This document shows, one piece after another, positions 48,048-57,786 of a stretch of 64,000 nucleotides of DNA. Source of the stretch: an uncultured Clostridia bacterium (GTDB lineage: Bacteria; Bacillota; Clostridia; TANB77; CAG-508); contig CALXKE010000010.1 of NCBI GenBank assembly GCA_944388805.1, positions 414-64,413 on the forward strand. Direction: 5' to 3'. The first letter of the stretch is position 1. Each line of letters begins with the position of its first letter. The notes beneath the pieces were generated by a model that was given only the letters and a program-made list of their open reading frames with translations, ran no database searches and was not told the origin of the DNA. A program made the position numbers and the translations under genes.

Positions 48048-49064
48048 ATGATGTCAAATAATTTTGGAGAAATATTAAAAAATATTCGGAAGGAAAGAGG
48101 TTTAACTGCCATCAAATTTTCAAAAATACTAGGTATTTCACCAAGTATGTTAAGCAAGATGGAATCAAACAAAACAAAAAGTATAGATTTTGATATGGTT
48201 CATAAAATCTATCACGTATTTGGTATTGATCCAAATCAACTTTTTGGTATAATGCCGAAACAAGACCCAATTTTTAAGGATAGTAATATTTCTATGCAAA
48301 AGGTGCAAGAACTAGAAATGGTATTGGATTATGTAGGAGAGCAATTTCAAAAATTGGCATTACAAGATAAAAGAATTTATGAAATAACAGATGTTATAGA
48401 TTCTTTTCATTTAAATACAGAGCCAATTAATGGAAGCATACGGATGTATTTTGAAAACGAGATAATAGCAGGAGGATATTTTAAAGAAAATGAGATGCTT
48501 TATGCATTGTTTCTAATGAGTTTTTTCTATAAACTTAACTATAAATGCAGAAAAGTAGCTCTGAAAATTCAGCAACCAGAATATGAAGCAGCAATCGACA
48601 CTTTCTTAATACGTTTGAGTATGATTTTAAGAGAGCAAGCAACTCTAAATATAATACCCTATGCAGGCTTTCAAACAGAGAAATTCTATGAGGAATTTAA
48701 AAATCTGATAAACGAAGCAGTAAAAGCACTGGGGCATAAATATGACGAGATTGGGAACTTAACAAATGCCTATATTCCTAAAGAGGCTGAAGAGTTAAAG
48801 CATATAAGAACAATATATGAAACAATCAGTTTCGAAGGTGAAACCATAAAATACTATGATTATATTGCCAAAGTATATAGGTCTGTGAATATCTATAATA
48901 CTGTGGAAATACAGTATATGGTAATGAACTTATATGCACAGGCTTATACAGAGTCAGTGTTGTGGCTAAAGAAAGAAGATCCGTCTGGTCAGTGGTGTCC
49001 AGCTACACCTTGGCAAATTATAGTTAAACTCAAAGTTATGATTCCGAAATACTTTTTGTATTGA
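48048..49064 (+). CDS. XRE-family HTH protein with a large helical C-terminal domain (possibly RRNPP/Rgg-like)
   Basis: N-terminal HTH (FGEILKNIRKERGLTAIKFSKILGISPSMLSKMESNK) plus about 270 aa of unknown domain. The 3' half is GC-richer. Confidence 0.6.
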   Translation: MMSNNFGEILKNIRKERGLTAIKFSKILGISPSMLSKMESNKTKSIDFDMVHKIYHVFGIDPNQLFGIMPKQDPIFKDSNISMQKVQELEMVLDYVGEQFQKLALQDKRIYEITDVIDSFHLNTEPINGSIRMYFENEIIAGGYFKENEMLYALFLMSFFYKLNYKCRKVALKIQQPEYEAAIDTFLIRLSMILREQATLNIIPYAGFQTEKFYEEFKNLINEAVKALGHKYDEIGNLTNAYIPKEAEELKHIRTIYETISFEGETIKYYDYIAKVYRSVNIYNTVEIQYMVMNLYAQAYTESVLWLKKEDPSGQWCPATPWQIIVKLKVMIPKYFLY

Positions 49065-49106
49065 GTCAAGAAGAAGTCATGTAAATGGCTTCTTTTTGTG
49101 CCTTAT

Positions 49107-49135
49107 TTGAAAAATGTATAAATTTATGTTAAAAT
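49107..49135 (+). promoter_or_regulatory. promoter of 49259 gene
   Basis: TTGAAA, 17 nt, TAAAAT. Confidence 0.45.
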
Positions 49136-49258
49136 ATTTAGCGTTGCAAGTAAATACGATACAGTAAAACAAAGTATCCAGATTCAAATGAAAGAAAGGA
49201 GAGATAGCAAAAATTTAATGAAATATGTTAAAGATTCTAAAAGAAAAGGAGAAGAAAA

Positions 49259-49555
49259 ATGTTCAGAAAAAGAAAGAAATTGACCCAAACACATACTATA
49301 ACAGAAACATATGAAGATAGGATTATAACTGCTATTGAGGTAAAAAAAGAGACAGAGGATGTTATCAAAATTGAATATCTTCTTGAAAGTGAAGAAAATG
49401 AAGAGAGCAAAAAAGACACAGCAAAAATAAGAGTTTTCTTGAAAAGATTCAACAAGTATTCTACAGAATATATGAATGAATGGTCACGTAGAAAAATAGG
49501 TGATGAAGTGACCTTACTCATTTATCCTGATGGTATTATCCGAGACATATTTTAA
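49259..49555 (+). CDS. hypothetical 98-aa charged protein
   Basis: RBS aaaGGAGaag. No signal peptide or motif recognised. Confidence 0.5.
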   Translation: MFRKRKKLTQTHTITETYEDRIITAIEVKKETEDVIKIEYLLESEENEESKKDTAKIRVFLKRFNKYSTEYMNEWSRRKIGDEVTLLIYPDGIIRDIF

Positions 49556-49731
49556 AAATTTGTTATCTGAAAGTAGCTTAACTGTTTATAATAAAATGGT
49601 TAAGCTACTTTTTTAGTTTGCTTAGAGTAAAAAACTATGCCTCTTAAATATATGTCCAAGTTCGCCAATAATTCCCATAGGAAAAAGTAAAAAGACATGC
49701 TAAGATAATATTAGAGGTGAAAAAAGTATAT

Positions 49732-50973
49732 ATGAGATTACTAAAGAAATATGGAGATACATTATTATTAAAAGAGTTGAAAGCAAGTTATCATTTCTTC
49801 ATAAAAGAAGCAAATGTAGACTCAAAAAGTAAAGGATATGGATTAATAAAAGATAAGGATATGTATGCAGATGAAATTGCGAGTATTGCATCTGTTGGAT
49901 ATGGATTAGCAGCTTTAGTGATTGGAGCTAATAGAAATTGGATTTCTTATCCAGAAGCTTATAAAAGAGCAAGCAAAACGCTAGATACTTTTTTAAACTA
50001 TGTAGAAGGAAAAAACGGATTTTATTATCATTTTGTAAATATACATACAGGAAAAAGAGAATGGCATTGTGAAATATCAATCATTGACACAGCTATTTTT
50101 ATATGTGGGGCCATATTAGTCGGCGAATATTTTCAAGGACAAGTAAAGCAAAAAGCAGAAGAACTATTTAAAAGAGTGAATTGGGAATGGTATCGAAATA
50201 AAGAAACGAATTATTTTTATATGGGATATAAACCAGAAACGGGATTTTGGGGACATTGGGATATGTATGCCGAGCAGTTGATGCTATATGTTCTAGGTGT
50301 AGCTTCTCCAACATATCCAATTCAAAAAACAATGTATGATGATATGAAAAAGGAAAAAAGTACATATGAAGGAATAGAAGACATTATTTATACATATTGT
50401 GGAACATTATTTACCTATCAATTTTCTCATGCATGGATAGATTTCAGAGATAGAAAAGATGAAAATGGAATTGACTGGTTTGAAAACTCGAAAAAAGCAA
50501 CAATAGCAAATAGGACATATTGCATTAAAAATAAAGATAGATTTAAAACGTTTAGTGAAGATTCATGGGGATTAACAGCATGTTTAGGACCTAAGGGATA
50601 TTCTGGAGAATATGGAGCAATGCCAGCTTTAGCAGATGTAGATAAACAAAATGATGGAACTGTTAGTCCATGTGGTGCAGCAGGTTCCATTGTATTTACA
50701 CCAGAATTAAGTATGAAAGCATTAGAAAATTATTACAACCATTATTCCAAATTATGGGGAAAATATGGCTTTATTGATGGATATAATTTAGAAAATGGAG
50801 AATGGTATTCAACAGAAGTGATTGGAATAGATAAAGGAATATCAATGATGATGATAGAAAACTATTTATCTCAATTACTTTGGAAACATTTTATGAAAAA
50901 TGAATATCTACAAAAAGGATTAGAAATCTTAAATATTAAAAAGGAATCCTATATAGAGAGTCAAATTACTTGA
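49732..50973 (+). CDS. putative glucoamylase / endo-beta-1,2-glucanase-like (alpha/alpha)6 glycoside hydrolase
   Basis: About 410 aa with a Trp/Tyr-rich pattern resembling the putative-glucoamylase (GH144-like) family. Immediately followed by GH3. GTG at 49717 is an alternative start. Confidence 0.5.
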   Translation: MRLLKKYGDTLLLKELKASYHFFIKEANVDSKSKGYGLIKDKDMYADEIASIASVGYGLAALVIGANRNWISYPEAYKRASKTLDTFLNYVEGKNGFYYHFVNIHTGKREWHCEISIIDTAIFICGAILVGEYFQGQVKQKAEELFKRVNWEWYRNKETNYFYMGYKPETGFWGHWDMYAEQLMLYVLGVASPTYPIQKTMYDDMKKEKSTYEGIEDIIYTYCGTLFTYQFSHAWIDFRDRKDENGIDWFENSKKATIANRTYCIKNKDRFKTFSEDSWGLTACLGPKGYSGEYGAMPALADVDKQNDGTVSPCGAAGSIVFTPELSMKALENYYNHYSKLWGKYGFIDGYNLENGEWYSTEVIGIDKGISMMMIENYLSQLLWKHFMKNEYLQKGLEILNIKKESYIESQIT

Positions 50974-50985
50974 ATGGAGGTTGGC

Positions 50986-53211
50986 ATGAAACACGAGGAA
51001 ATAGTAGAATTATTAAACGAAATGACAATAGAAGAAAAAATAGGTCAAATGGTACAAATTACAGGAGATGTATTCCTATCAGAAGATACAAACAGTGTAT
51101 TAACAGGACCATTAAAAGATTTACATCTATCTAAAGAAAAAGCATATTATGTAGGTTCTGTCTTAAATATTATCGGAGCAGAAAAAGTTAAAAAAGTACA
51201 AGATGAATATTTATCTAACAGTAGATTAAAAATACCTCTTCTATTTATGGATGATATTATTAATGGATATAAAATTGCATTTCCGATACCAATTGCACAA
51301 GGGTGTTCATGGAATACGAAAGCGATAAAAGAGATGACAGAAATATCTAGCATGGAATCTAGTGTAGCAGGTGCTAATGTTAATTTTTCACCAATGGTAG
51401 ACTTATCAAGAGATGCTAGATGGGGAAGAGTGATGGAATCCATTGGCGGAGAAGATCCTCTTCTAGGAGAAATCTATGCCAAAACAATGGTGGAAGCATA
51501 TCAAGGAAAAAATCTTTCAGAGATAGGAAAAATGGCATCTTGTGTAAAACATATAGCAGCATATGGAGCAGTAGAAGCTGGAAGAGACTATAACACAGTA
51601 GACATGTCAGAAAGAGAATTTAGACAATATTACTTACCAGGATATAAGGCAGCAATCGAGGCAGGAGCAGAAATGTTAATGACATCATTTAATATATTAA
51701 ATGGAATTCCTTCTACAGTAAACAAATGGCTAATTCAAGAGGTAATTAGAAAAGAATTAGGATTTAAAGGAATTATCATTTCAGACTATGGGGCTGTTGA
51801 AGAAACTATAACACATGGGTATTCTGCAAATGAAGCAGAGGCAGCAAAAAATGCCATTACTGCAGGGATTGATATTGATATGATGTCTAGCATATATGCA
51901 AATCATTTAAAAGAGTTGTGCTTAGAAAATCGAGAAATAGAAAACAAAGTAAATGAAAGTGTTTTAAGAATATTAACCTTAAAAAATAAATTAGGATTAT
52001 TTGAAAATCCATATGGAAATGCAAATGAAGAAAAAGAAAAGACATATATAATGAATTCAATAAATTTAGAAAAAGCAAAAAAATTAACACAAGAAACATT
52101 TGTCTTATTGAAAAATAAGAACCATGTATTACCATTACAAAAAAATAAAAAGATTGCTTTAATTGGACCATATATAGATAATATTGGAATCACTGGATCA
52201 TGGTCTATGTTTTCTGATAGAACAAAAAATGGTACCATCTTGGATATATTTAAAGAAAAAATGGGAAATCAAGTGATATATGCAAAAGGGTGTGAAATTT
52301 TAAGACAGGAAGAAATTAATAAAATATTATCAGCAGATGGATCACCTATTGTGCATGTAGAAAATGAAAGCCAAAAAGAACAAGACATGATTGCCTCAGC
52401 AATACAAACAGCAAAAAAGGCAGATGTCATTCTTTTGGCATTAGGAGAGCATTATAAACAAAGTGGAGAGGCATGTTCACGTTCTAATATTGCTTTACCA
52501 GAAAATCAAATACAATTAATCAATGAATTATATACATTATCAAAGCCAATGATATTAATTCTATTTAATGGTAGACCCATTGAACTTAATACGATAGAAC
52601 CAAAATTAGATGCAATTCTAGAAGTATGGTTTCCAGGAACGACAGGAGCAAAAGCAATTGTAGAAATGATATTAGGAGAAGCCAATCCATCAGGAAAATT
52701 AACTATGAGCTTTCCACAAAATGTAGGACAATGCCCAGTATATTATAATCATTACAATACTGGTAGACCACACCATGATAATCTTCGATATCTATCCAGA
52801 TATCAAGATATTCCAACAGAAAGTTTTTATCCATTTGGGTATGGTTTGTCATATTGTGATTTTAAATATACAGATTTACATCTAAACAAACATAAAATGA
52901 ATGGGAATGAAATGATTACTGTAACTGTAACAATAGAAAATCAAAGTGATTATCCAGGATATGAAGTGATACAGTTATATATACAAGATTTATATGGAAG
53001 TGTTGTAAGACCAGTAAAAGAATTGAAAGCGTTTAAAAAAGAATGTTTTAAGCCATATGAAGTAAGGTATGTAGATTTTACAATTAATGCCCAAATGCTA
53101 AAATTTTTGAATGAAAAATTAGAATTTGTAGCAGAACCAGGAGAGTTTAAAGTTTTTGTGGGTGGGGATTCTGTAAATGTTTTGGAAGATAAATTTGAAT
53201 TAATTGTATAA
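50986..53211 (+). CDS. glycoside hydrolase family 3 beta-glucosidase
   Basis: EKIGQMVQ and the nucleophile motif GFKGIIISDYGAV. C-terminal alpha/beta sandwich and fibronectin-like domain. Start at the ATG after GGAGG. Confidence 0.88.
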   Translation: MKHEEIVELLNEMTIEEKIGQMVQITGDVFLSEDTNSVLTGPLKDLHLSKEKAYYVGSVLNIIGAEKVKKVQDEYLSNSRLKIPLLFMDDIINGYKIAFPIPIAQGCSWNTKAIKEMTEISSMESSVAGANVNFSPMVDLSRDARWGRVMESIGGEDPLLGEIYAKTMVEAYQGKNLSEIGKMASCVKHIAAYGAVEAGRDYNTVDMSEREFRQYYLPGYKAAIEAGAEMLMTSFNILNGIPSTVNKWLIQEVIRKELGFKGIIISDYGAVEETITHGYSANEAEAAKNAITAGIDIDMMSSIYANHLKELCLENREIENKVNESVLRILTLKNKLGLFENPYGNANEEKEKTYIMNSINLEKAKKLTQETFVLLKNKNHVLPLQKNKKIALIGPYIDNIGITGSWSMFSDRTKNGTILDIFKEKMGNQVIYAKGCEILRQEEINKILSADGSPIVHVENESQKEQDMIASAIQTAKKADVILLALGEHYKQSGEACSRSNIALPENQIQLINELYTLSKPMILILFNGRPIELNTIEPKLDAILEVWFPGTTGAKAIVEMILGEANPSGKLTMSFPQNVGQCPVYYNHYNTGRPHHDNLRYLSRYQDIPTESFYPFGYGLSYCDFKYTDLHLNKHKMNGNEMITVTVTIENQSDYPGYEVIQLYIQDLYGSVVRPVKELKAFKKECFKPYEVRYVDFTINAQMLKFLNEKLEFVAEPGEFKVFVGGDSVNVLEDKFELIV

Positions 53212-53483
53212 ATATTAATGTATCAAAATTATTATCATTAATATTTTATATTTATCAATACTATTCAAATTGCTAAATAGATTCTTGAAAAAAACAAAAT
53301 TTTGGAACAAATTTAGAGAAAAATAATAAGATACATTGAAAAGCATAAACATTTTGTATTAAAATAAAATAAAGCATTAGGTTATAAAACTATACACGAA
53401 TATGTTTTACTTGTAAAAGTTAAATAACTATGCAAAAAATCACACAAAGATTAATTGGTGTTTATAAAAAAGGAGAATTGAAC

Positions 53484-53843
53484 ATGAGTTTAATAGGAAA
53501 TATATTATGGTTTATCTTTGGAGGCCTTTTTAGTGGACTTTCATGGGTATTTTCAGGGATTATTTGGTGTATAACAATCGTTGGAATTCCATATGGATTA
53601 CAATGCTTTAAGTTTGCATCAATGTCATTTGCACCGTTTGGAAAAGAAATCGAGTATGGAGGAGGAGTTCCATCATTATTTGCAAATATAATATGGATTA
53701 TCTTCTTTGGTATTCCAATGGCAATAGAGAACTTTATATTTGGCTGTATTTGGTGTATAACGATTGTTGGAATACCATTTGGATTACAGTTTTTTAAGAT
53801 TGCTAAATTATCTTTAGCACCATTTGGAGCAAGAATTGTTTAA
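53484..53843 (+). CDS. yccF: YccF-family inner membrane protein
   Basis: Internal duplication: IWCITIVGIPYGLQCFKFASMSFAPFG / IWCITIVGIPFGLQFFKIAKLSLAPFG. RBS aaaGGAGaa. Confidence 0.85.
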   Translation: MSLIGNILWFIFGGLFSGLSWVFSGIIWCITIVGIPYGLQCFKFASMSFAPFGKEIEYGGGVPSLFANIIWIIFFGIPMAIENFIFGCIWCITIVGIPFGLQFFKIAKLSLAPFGARIV

Positions 53844-54080
53844 ATGAAGACACAATAAAGTTTTAATTTTAAAACATTAATTTAAGATTTGTGTGATTTT
53901 ATGAGAGGGTAGCAGATGCTATCCTCTTAAACTTTTTACTAGATAAAAAGTTCTATAATATCTAAATTATTCGGAACAATAACATTTTTATGAAATTTAG
54001 CAAACCAGATGCTAATTATTTTTTTGACATTAATATCCAAAATATAACAAAAATGGAAGAAATTTCTCAGAGATAAAATG

Positions 54081-54094
54081 CGAACAATTGTTTA
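54081..54094 (+). promoter_or_regulatory. LexA (Cheo box)-like operator overlapping the -35
   Basis: CGAACAATTGTTTA versus CGAAC-N4-GTTCG. The promoter TTTACA-17-TATAAT lies at 54091-54119. Confidence 0.6.
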
Positions 54095-54143
54095 CAGCAA
54101 CAAGAAATGATGGTATAATCATTTTAAAGTTACCATTTGGGAA

Positions 54144-55412
54144 GTGAAGAAAATGCAAAAATACTACTTATGTATAGATTTAAAGACTTTTTATGCTTCT
54201 GTTGAATGTGTAGAAAGAGGACTAGATCCTTTTAATACCAATTTAGTAGTAGCAGATGAATCAAGAGGAAAAGGGACAATTTGTTTAGCAGTATCTCCAA
54301 AAATGAAAATGCTTGGAGTAAAGAATAGATGTAGAATTTTTGAAATTCCGCCAACGATTAAATATATTATTGCAATGCCTAGAATGAAGAAATATATAGA
54401 ATATTCAGCAAATATATATGCTATTTATTTAAAATATTTTGCAAAAGAAGATATACATGTATATTCAATAGATGAGGCTTTTATGGATGTTACGAATTAT
54501 TTAAAAATGTATCAAATGAATCCAGTAAAACTTGCTAAAACGATTATTAAAGACATATTTAAAACTTATGGAATAACAGCAACAGCAGGTATTGGAACAA
54601 ATATGTACTTGGCGAAAATAGCACTGGATATTACAGCAAAACATAGTGCTACTAACATTGGTTATTTAGATGAAGAAAAGTACAAAAAAGAATTATGGCA
54701 TCATAAACCACTTTCAGACTTTTGGCAAATCGGAAAAGGAATAGAAAGGCGATTAAACAAAATGAGACTCTTTACGATGTACGATGTTGCTCATACTGAC
54801 CCCAAAAGGTTATATAAGGAATTTGGCATTAATGCGGAGTATTTAATAGATCATTCATGGGGAAAAGAAAGTTGTACCATTGCAGATATAAAAAAGTACA
54901 AACCTAAAACAAATTCTATTACTAACAGCCAAGTATTATTTGAAGATTATTCATTTGAAAAAGCAAGGTTAGTCTTAAAAGAAATGGTAGAGCTTGGAAG
55001 TTTAAGGCTAATAGAAAATAATTTAGTGACTGATACAGTAGGCTTATATATAGGGTATTCAAAAGATGTTATAAAAGCGACAGGAAAATCTAAAAAATTA
55101 GAAAATTATACAAATATATATTCAGAACTATTAAAAGGATTTTTAGATATATATGACAAAACAACAAGTAGAAGTGTTGCTATCAGAAGAATTGGTATAA
55201 ATTTTGCAAATGTAATTGAAACAGAAAATGTACAATTAAGTTTATTTACAGACCAAGAAAAATTAGATAAAGAACGAAAGCTGGAACTTGCAATATCTAG
55301 TATAAAACATAAGATGGGGAAAAATACAATTTTAAGAGGAATGAATTTAGAAGAAGGAGCAACAACATTGCTTAGAAATAAATTAATAGGAGGTCATAAT
55401 GGTGGTGAATAG
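54144..55412 (+). CDS. Y-family DNA polymerase (UmuC/DinB-like)
   Basis: CIDLKTFYASVE, SIDEAFMDVT. About 420 aa. ATG at 54153 is an alternative start. Confidence 0.88.
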   Translation: MKKMQKYYLCIDLKTFYASVECVERGLDPFNTNLVVADESRGKGTICLAVSPKMKMLGVKNRCRIFEIPPTIKYIIAMPRMKKYIEYSANIYAIYLKYFAKEDIHVYSIDEAFMDVTNYLKMYQMNPVKLAKTIIKDIFKTYGITATAGIGTNMYLAKIALDITAKHSATNIGYLDEEKYKKELWHHKPLSDFWQIGKGIERRLNKMRLFTMYDVAHTDPKRLYKEFGINAEYLIDHSWGKESCTIADIKKYKPKTNSITNSQVLFEDYSFEKARLVLKEMVELGSLRLIENNLVTDTVGLYIGYSKDVIKATGKSKKLENYTNIYSELLKGFLDIYDKTTSRSVAIRRIGINFANVIETENVQLSLFTDQEKLDKERKLELAISSIKHKMGKNTILRGMNLEEGATTLLRNKLIGGHNGGE

Positions 55413-55713
55413 AACAGCAAGAGCAAAACAATTTCTTCCATTTGATGCACTAAAAGGATTGCAACAGGCTTTGAGGGAAAAAGAAATAGAATATGAAGAA
55501 AAGAAAGAATTAGCTGAAGATACTTTAACAGAATTAAATAATAAATTTCATCAGTTAGAAAATGGAAAATATGTTAAACTAAAATATTATAAAAATGGAA
55601 GATATAGAGAAATTAAAGGAATCATAACAAATATGGATTATATTAAAAAGAGGATACAAATTAATAAAATAGAAAATGTAAATATTTGCGATATTATCAA
55701 TATTTCAGTATAA
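55399..55713 (+). CDS. YolD-like protein (Y-polymerase accessory)
   Basis: 104 aa with RAKQFLPFDALKGL. Overlaps the polymerase gene by 14 nt, as in the Bacillus uvrX-yolD and yqjW-yqzH pairs. Confidence 0.65.
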   Translation: MVVNRTARAKQFLPFDALKGLQQALREKEIEYEEKKELAEDTLTELNNKFHQLENGKYVKLKYYKNGRYREIKGIITNMDYIKKRIQINKIENVNICDIINISV

Positions 55714-55792
55714 GCGATTATTTGCATCAATACTTATCTTATGCTATAATATGTCTGTTGCAAAAAACAATTTTCAATAAGGAGGACTTTAA

Positions 55793-56236
55793 ATGGAGAG
55801 CACACAAAATAATGTTGAAACTGGTAGTCAAAGACTTGGAAAAACTATCAAGGCATTACGTGAACGGCTGAAAATCACACAAGAACAGCTAAGTGAGCGA
55901 GCAAAAATTGACAGGAAAGAGTTATGTGACCTGGAAAATGGAGCTTTTGAGCAAATATCTGATGAAACATTAAAGACATTGATTTCTATTTGTCCGCATC
56001 TGAATGTATCACTTGATTATTTGTTGATAGCATACATTGAGGTTGCAAGCTGCATTTCTGATAGAGAACATTTCTATGATTTTGAAGGAAATGAAATAGA
56101 CTTATATGGAATTGCCAGGAATCTCTATTCAGTAGATGCAGAATTTTTGCTACTGTTATCTTCAGCAGATTTTCTGGGTAACAAAGAACTTATATCTAAG
56201 TTAAAAGAAATTATTTTAAGTGTTTTGAAAAATTAA
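55793..56236 (+). CDS. XRE-family HTH protein
   Basis: LGKTIKALRERLKITQEQLSERAKIDRKELCDLENG. GC-richer. Bidirectional terminator at 56283-56314. Confidence 0.7.
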   Translation: MESTQNNVETGSQRLGKTIKALRERLKITQEQLSERAKIDRKELCDLENGAFEQISDETLKTLISICPHLNVSLDYLLIAYIEVASCISDREHFYDFEGNEIDLYGIARNLYSVDAEFLLLLSSADFLGNKELISKLKEIILSVLKN

Positions 56237-56282
56237 ATAAGGTTTTCTTTTATAATAGGATTTGATTTTATCCTATACAACC

Positions 56283-56314
56283 AAAAGACAGATTGCCTTT
56301 GCAATCTGTCTTTT
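56283..56314. terminator. bidirectional terminator
   Basis: aaaagacagattgc-cttt-gcaatctgtctttt. Confidence 0.75.
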
Positions 56315-56446
56315 GAGATTTACAGAATATCCGATTGCAAGTATACTTTTGACTTTTATATAAAATTACGTTAAAAAAGAGATTACAATAAAAATGATTT
56401 TGTCCAGTAGCAACAAGCACTACTGGACATTTTGGACTCATTCATG

Positions 56447-56680
56447 TCATTTACTATAAAAATACTCCAGATAATCTCTGAAGAGTTTTTCGGAATCTGC
56501 ATCATTTGTACATTTCGCCGTAAAGAGTAAATTTTTGAATGAAAAGCTAAAACTTGCATTATAATTACAAGCAAGTGATATCAATTCAATCATCTCTTTG
56601 TGTATCACATCCAACGAAGATGAAAACAATACTTCTACCTCCCGAGAAATTGCATTAAAACTAACCTGAGTACCTTCCAT
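56447..56680 (-). CDS. hypothetical 77-aa protein
   Basis: Start moved to MEGTQVSF, preceded by aaaGGAGcg. Terminator hairpin at 56401-56428. Confidence 0.5.
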   Translation of the reverse strand: MEGTQVSFNAISREVEVLFSSSLDVIHKEMIELISLACNYNASFSFSFKNLLFTAKCTNDADSEKLFRDYLEYFYSK

Positions 56681-56854
56681 ATGTGAGTCGCTCCTTTCTA
56701 AAAATAAGACTTTACTTTTGGTTAACTTATTAAAATATAACACAAAAAGTCTTATATTTCAAGGAGAGTAACACAAGTATGCAGATATGATTCTTTATTT
56801 TTTAAAATATTTATGATATCATGTAGAAAAAATAAGAAATATTGGAGGAAAAAT

Positions 56855-57562
56855 ATGAATATAGGAATAGACATAGATGGTGTTTTAACAGACGCAGACA
56901 AAATACAAAATAAAAACAAGATTGTTATATTTGACTGGGGAGGTGTTATAGAAAGCCACAAAGAAGGTGAATATAATATCTTTACAGCAGATATAGATAT
57001 GATGAGAAGATTAAATGCTGATGTAGACAAAATATATGTAATAGAAGAATATACAAATTGCAATAATGATGAAAATGGAATTTGTATAAGTTGTCAAAGC
57101 AAAAAAGAAGAATGTGAAGCATGGTTTGAAAGAGTAAAGGCAAAATTTAATCTTCAGTGTGATTTAAAAGAATTTGTAAGAGTATATGATGAAGAAAAAG
57201 GTAAAGTTGTATATTATAAAGATGTAATAGAAACTGCCAAAAAGCTAAAAAAGTATTGTAAAATAGGAATGTTATCAAATCTAATGTTGTTAGATAAAGA
57301 AAGATTGGACAGACAAGTAAATTTAAAAGATTTTGATTATGTATGGTTATCATTTGAATTAAATTGCAGAAAACCTGATGATAAAATTTATGAGATAGTA
57401 GAAGAGGATTGCAAAATCAAACCAAGTAATATTTTATTTATAGATGACCGTAGCGATAATATAGAAACAGCAAAGAAAAGAGGCTGGAATACTTGTTTAG
57501 CATCAGGATATGAGTTAGATAAAATAAAGGATAGTATAAATAAGTTTTTAAATTTGAAATAA
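56855..57562 (+). CDS. HAD-superfamily hydrolase
   Basis: Start at MNIGIDIDGVLTD after tGGAGGa. Second motif-I-like VIFDWGGVI. Motif IV FIDDRSDN. Confidence 0.7.
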   Translation: MNIGIDIDGVLTDADKIQNKNKIVIFDWGGVIESHKEGEYNIFTADIDMMRRLNADVDKIYVIEEYTNCNNDENGICISCQSKKEECEAWFERVKAKFNLQCDLKEFVRVYDEEKGKVVYYKDVIETAKKLKKYCKIGMLSNLMLLDKERLDRQVNLKDFDYVWLSFELNCRKPDDKIYEIVEEDCKIKPSNILFIDDRSDNIETAKKRGWNTCLASGYELDKIKDSINKFLNLK

Positions 57563-57579
57563 GCAGGAGCAAACAATAA

Positions 57580-57723
57580 ATGAAAAAATATAACAAGATA
57601 ATCACAAAAGAAAGCACAGTCATTATCATTGCCCATAGAAAGTCTACTATTGAAAATTCAGATAAGATTATTTATTTAAAAGACGGTAAAGTCGATATGA
57701 TTAAAAATAAATGTGTGATTTAA
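57580..57723 (+). pseudogene. C-terminal remnant of an ABC exporter ATPase
   Basis: The 47-codon ORF MKKYNKIITKESTVIIIAHRKSTIENSDKIIYLKDGKVDMIKNKCVI equals only the H-loop/C-terminal end (TVIIIAHRxSTIxxxDKIxxLxDGKV) of an NBD. Confidence 0.7.
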
Positions 57724-57786
57724 AATCATATGATTATACGGTTATATTATGAAAGTGCAAATGCAACAAAAAGGAGGATTTTGTAT

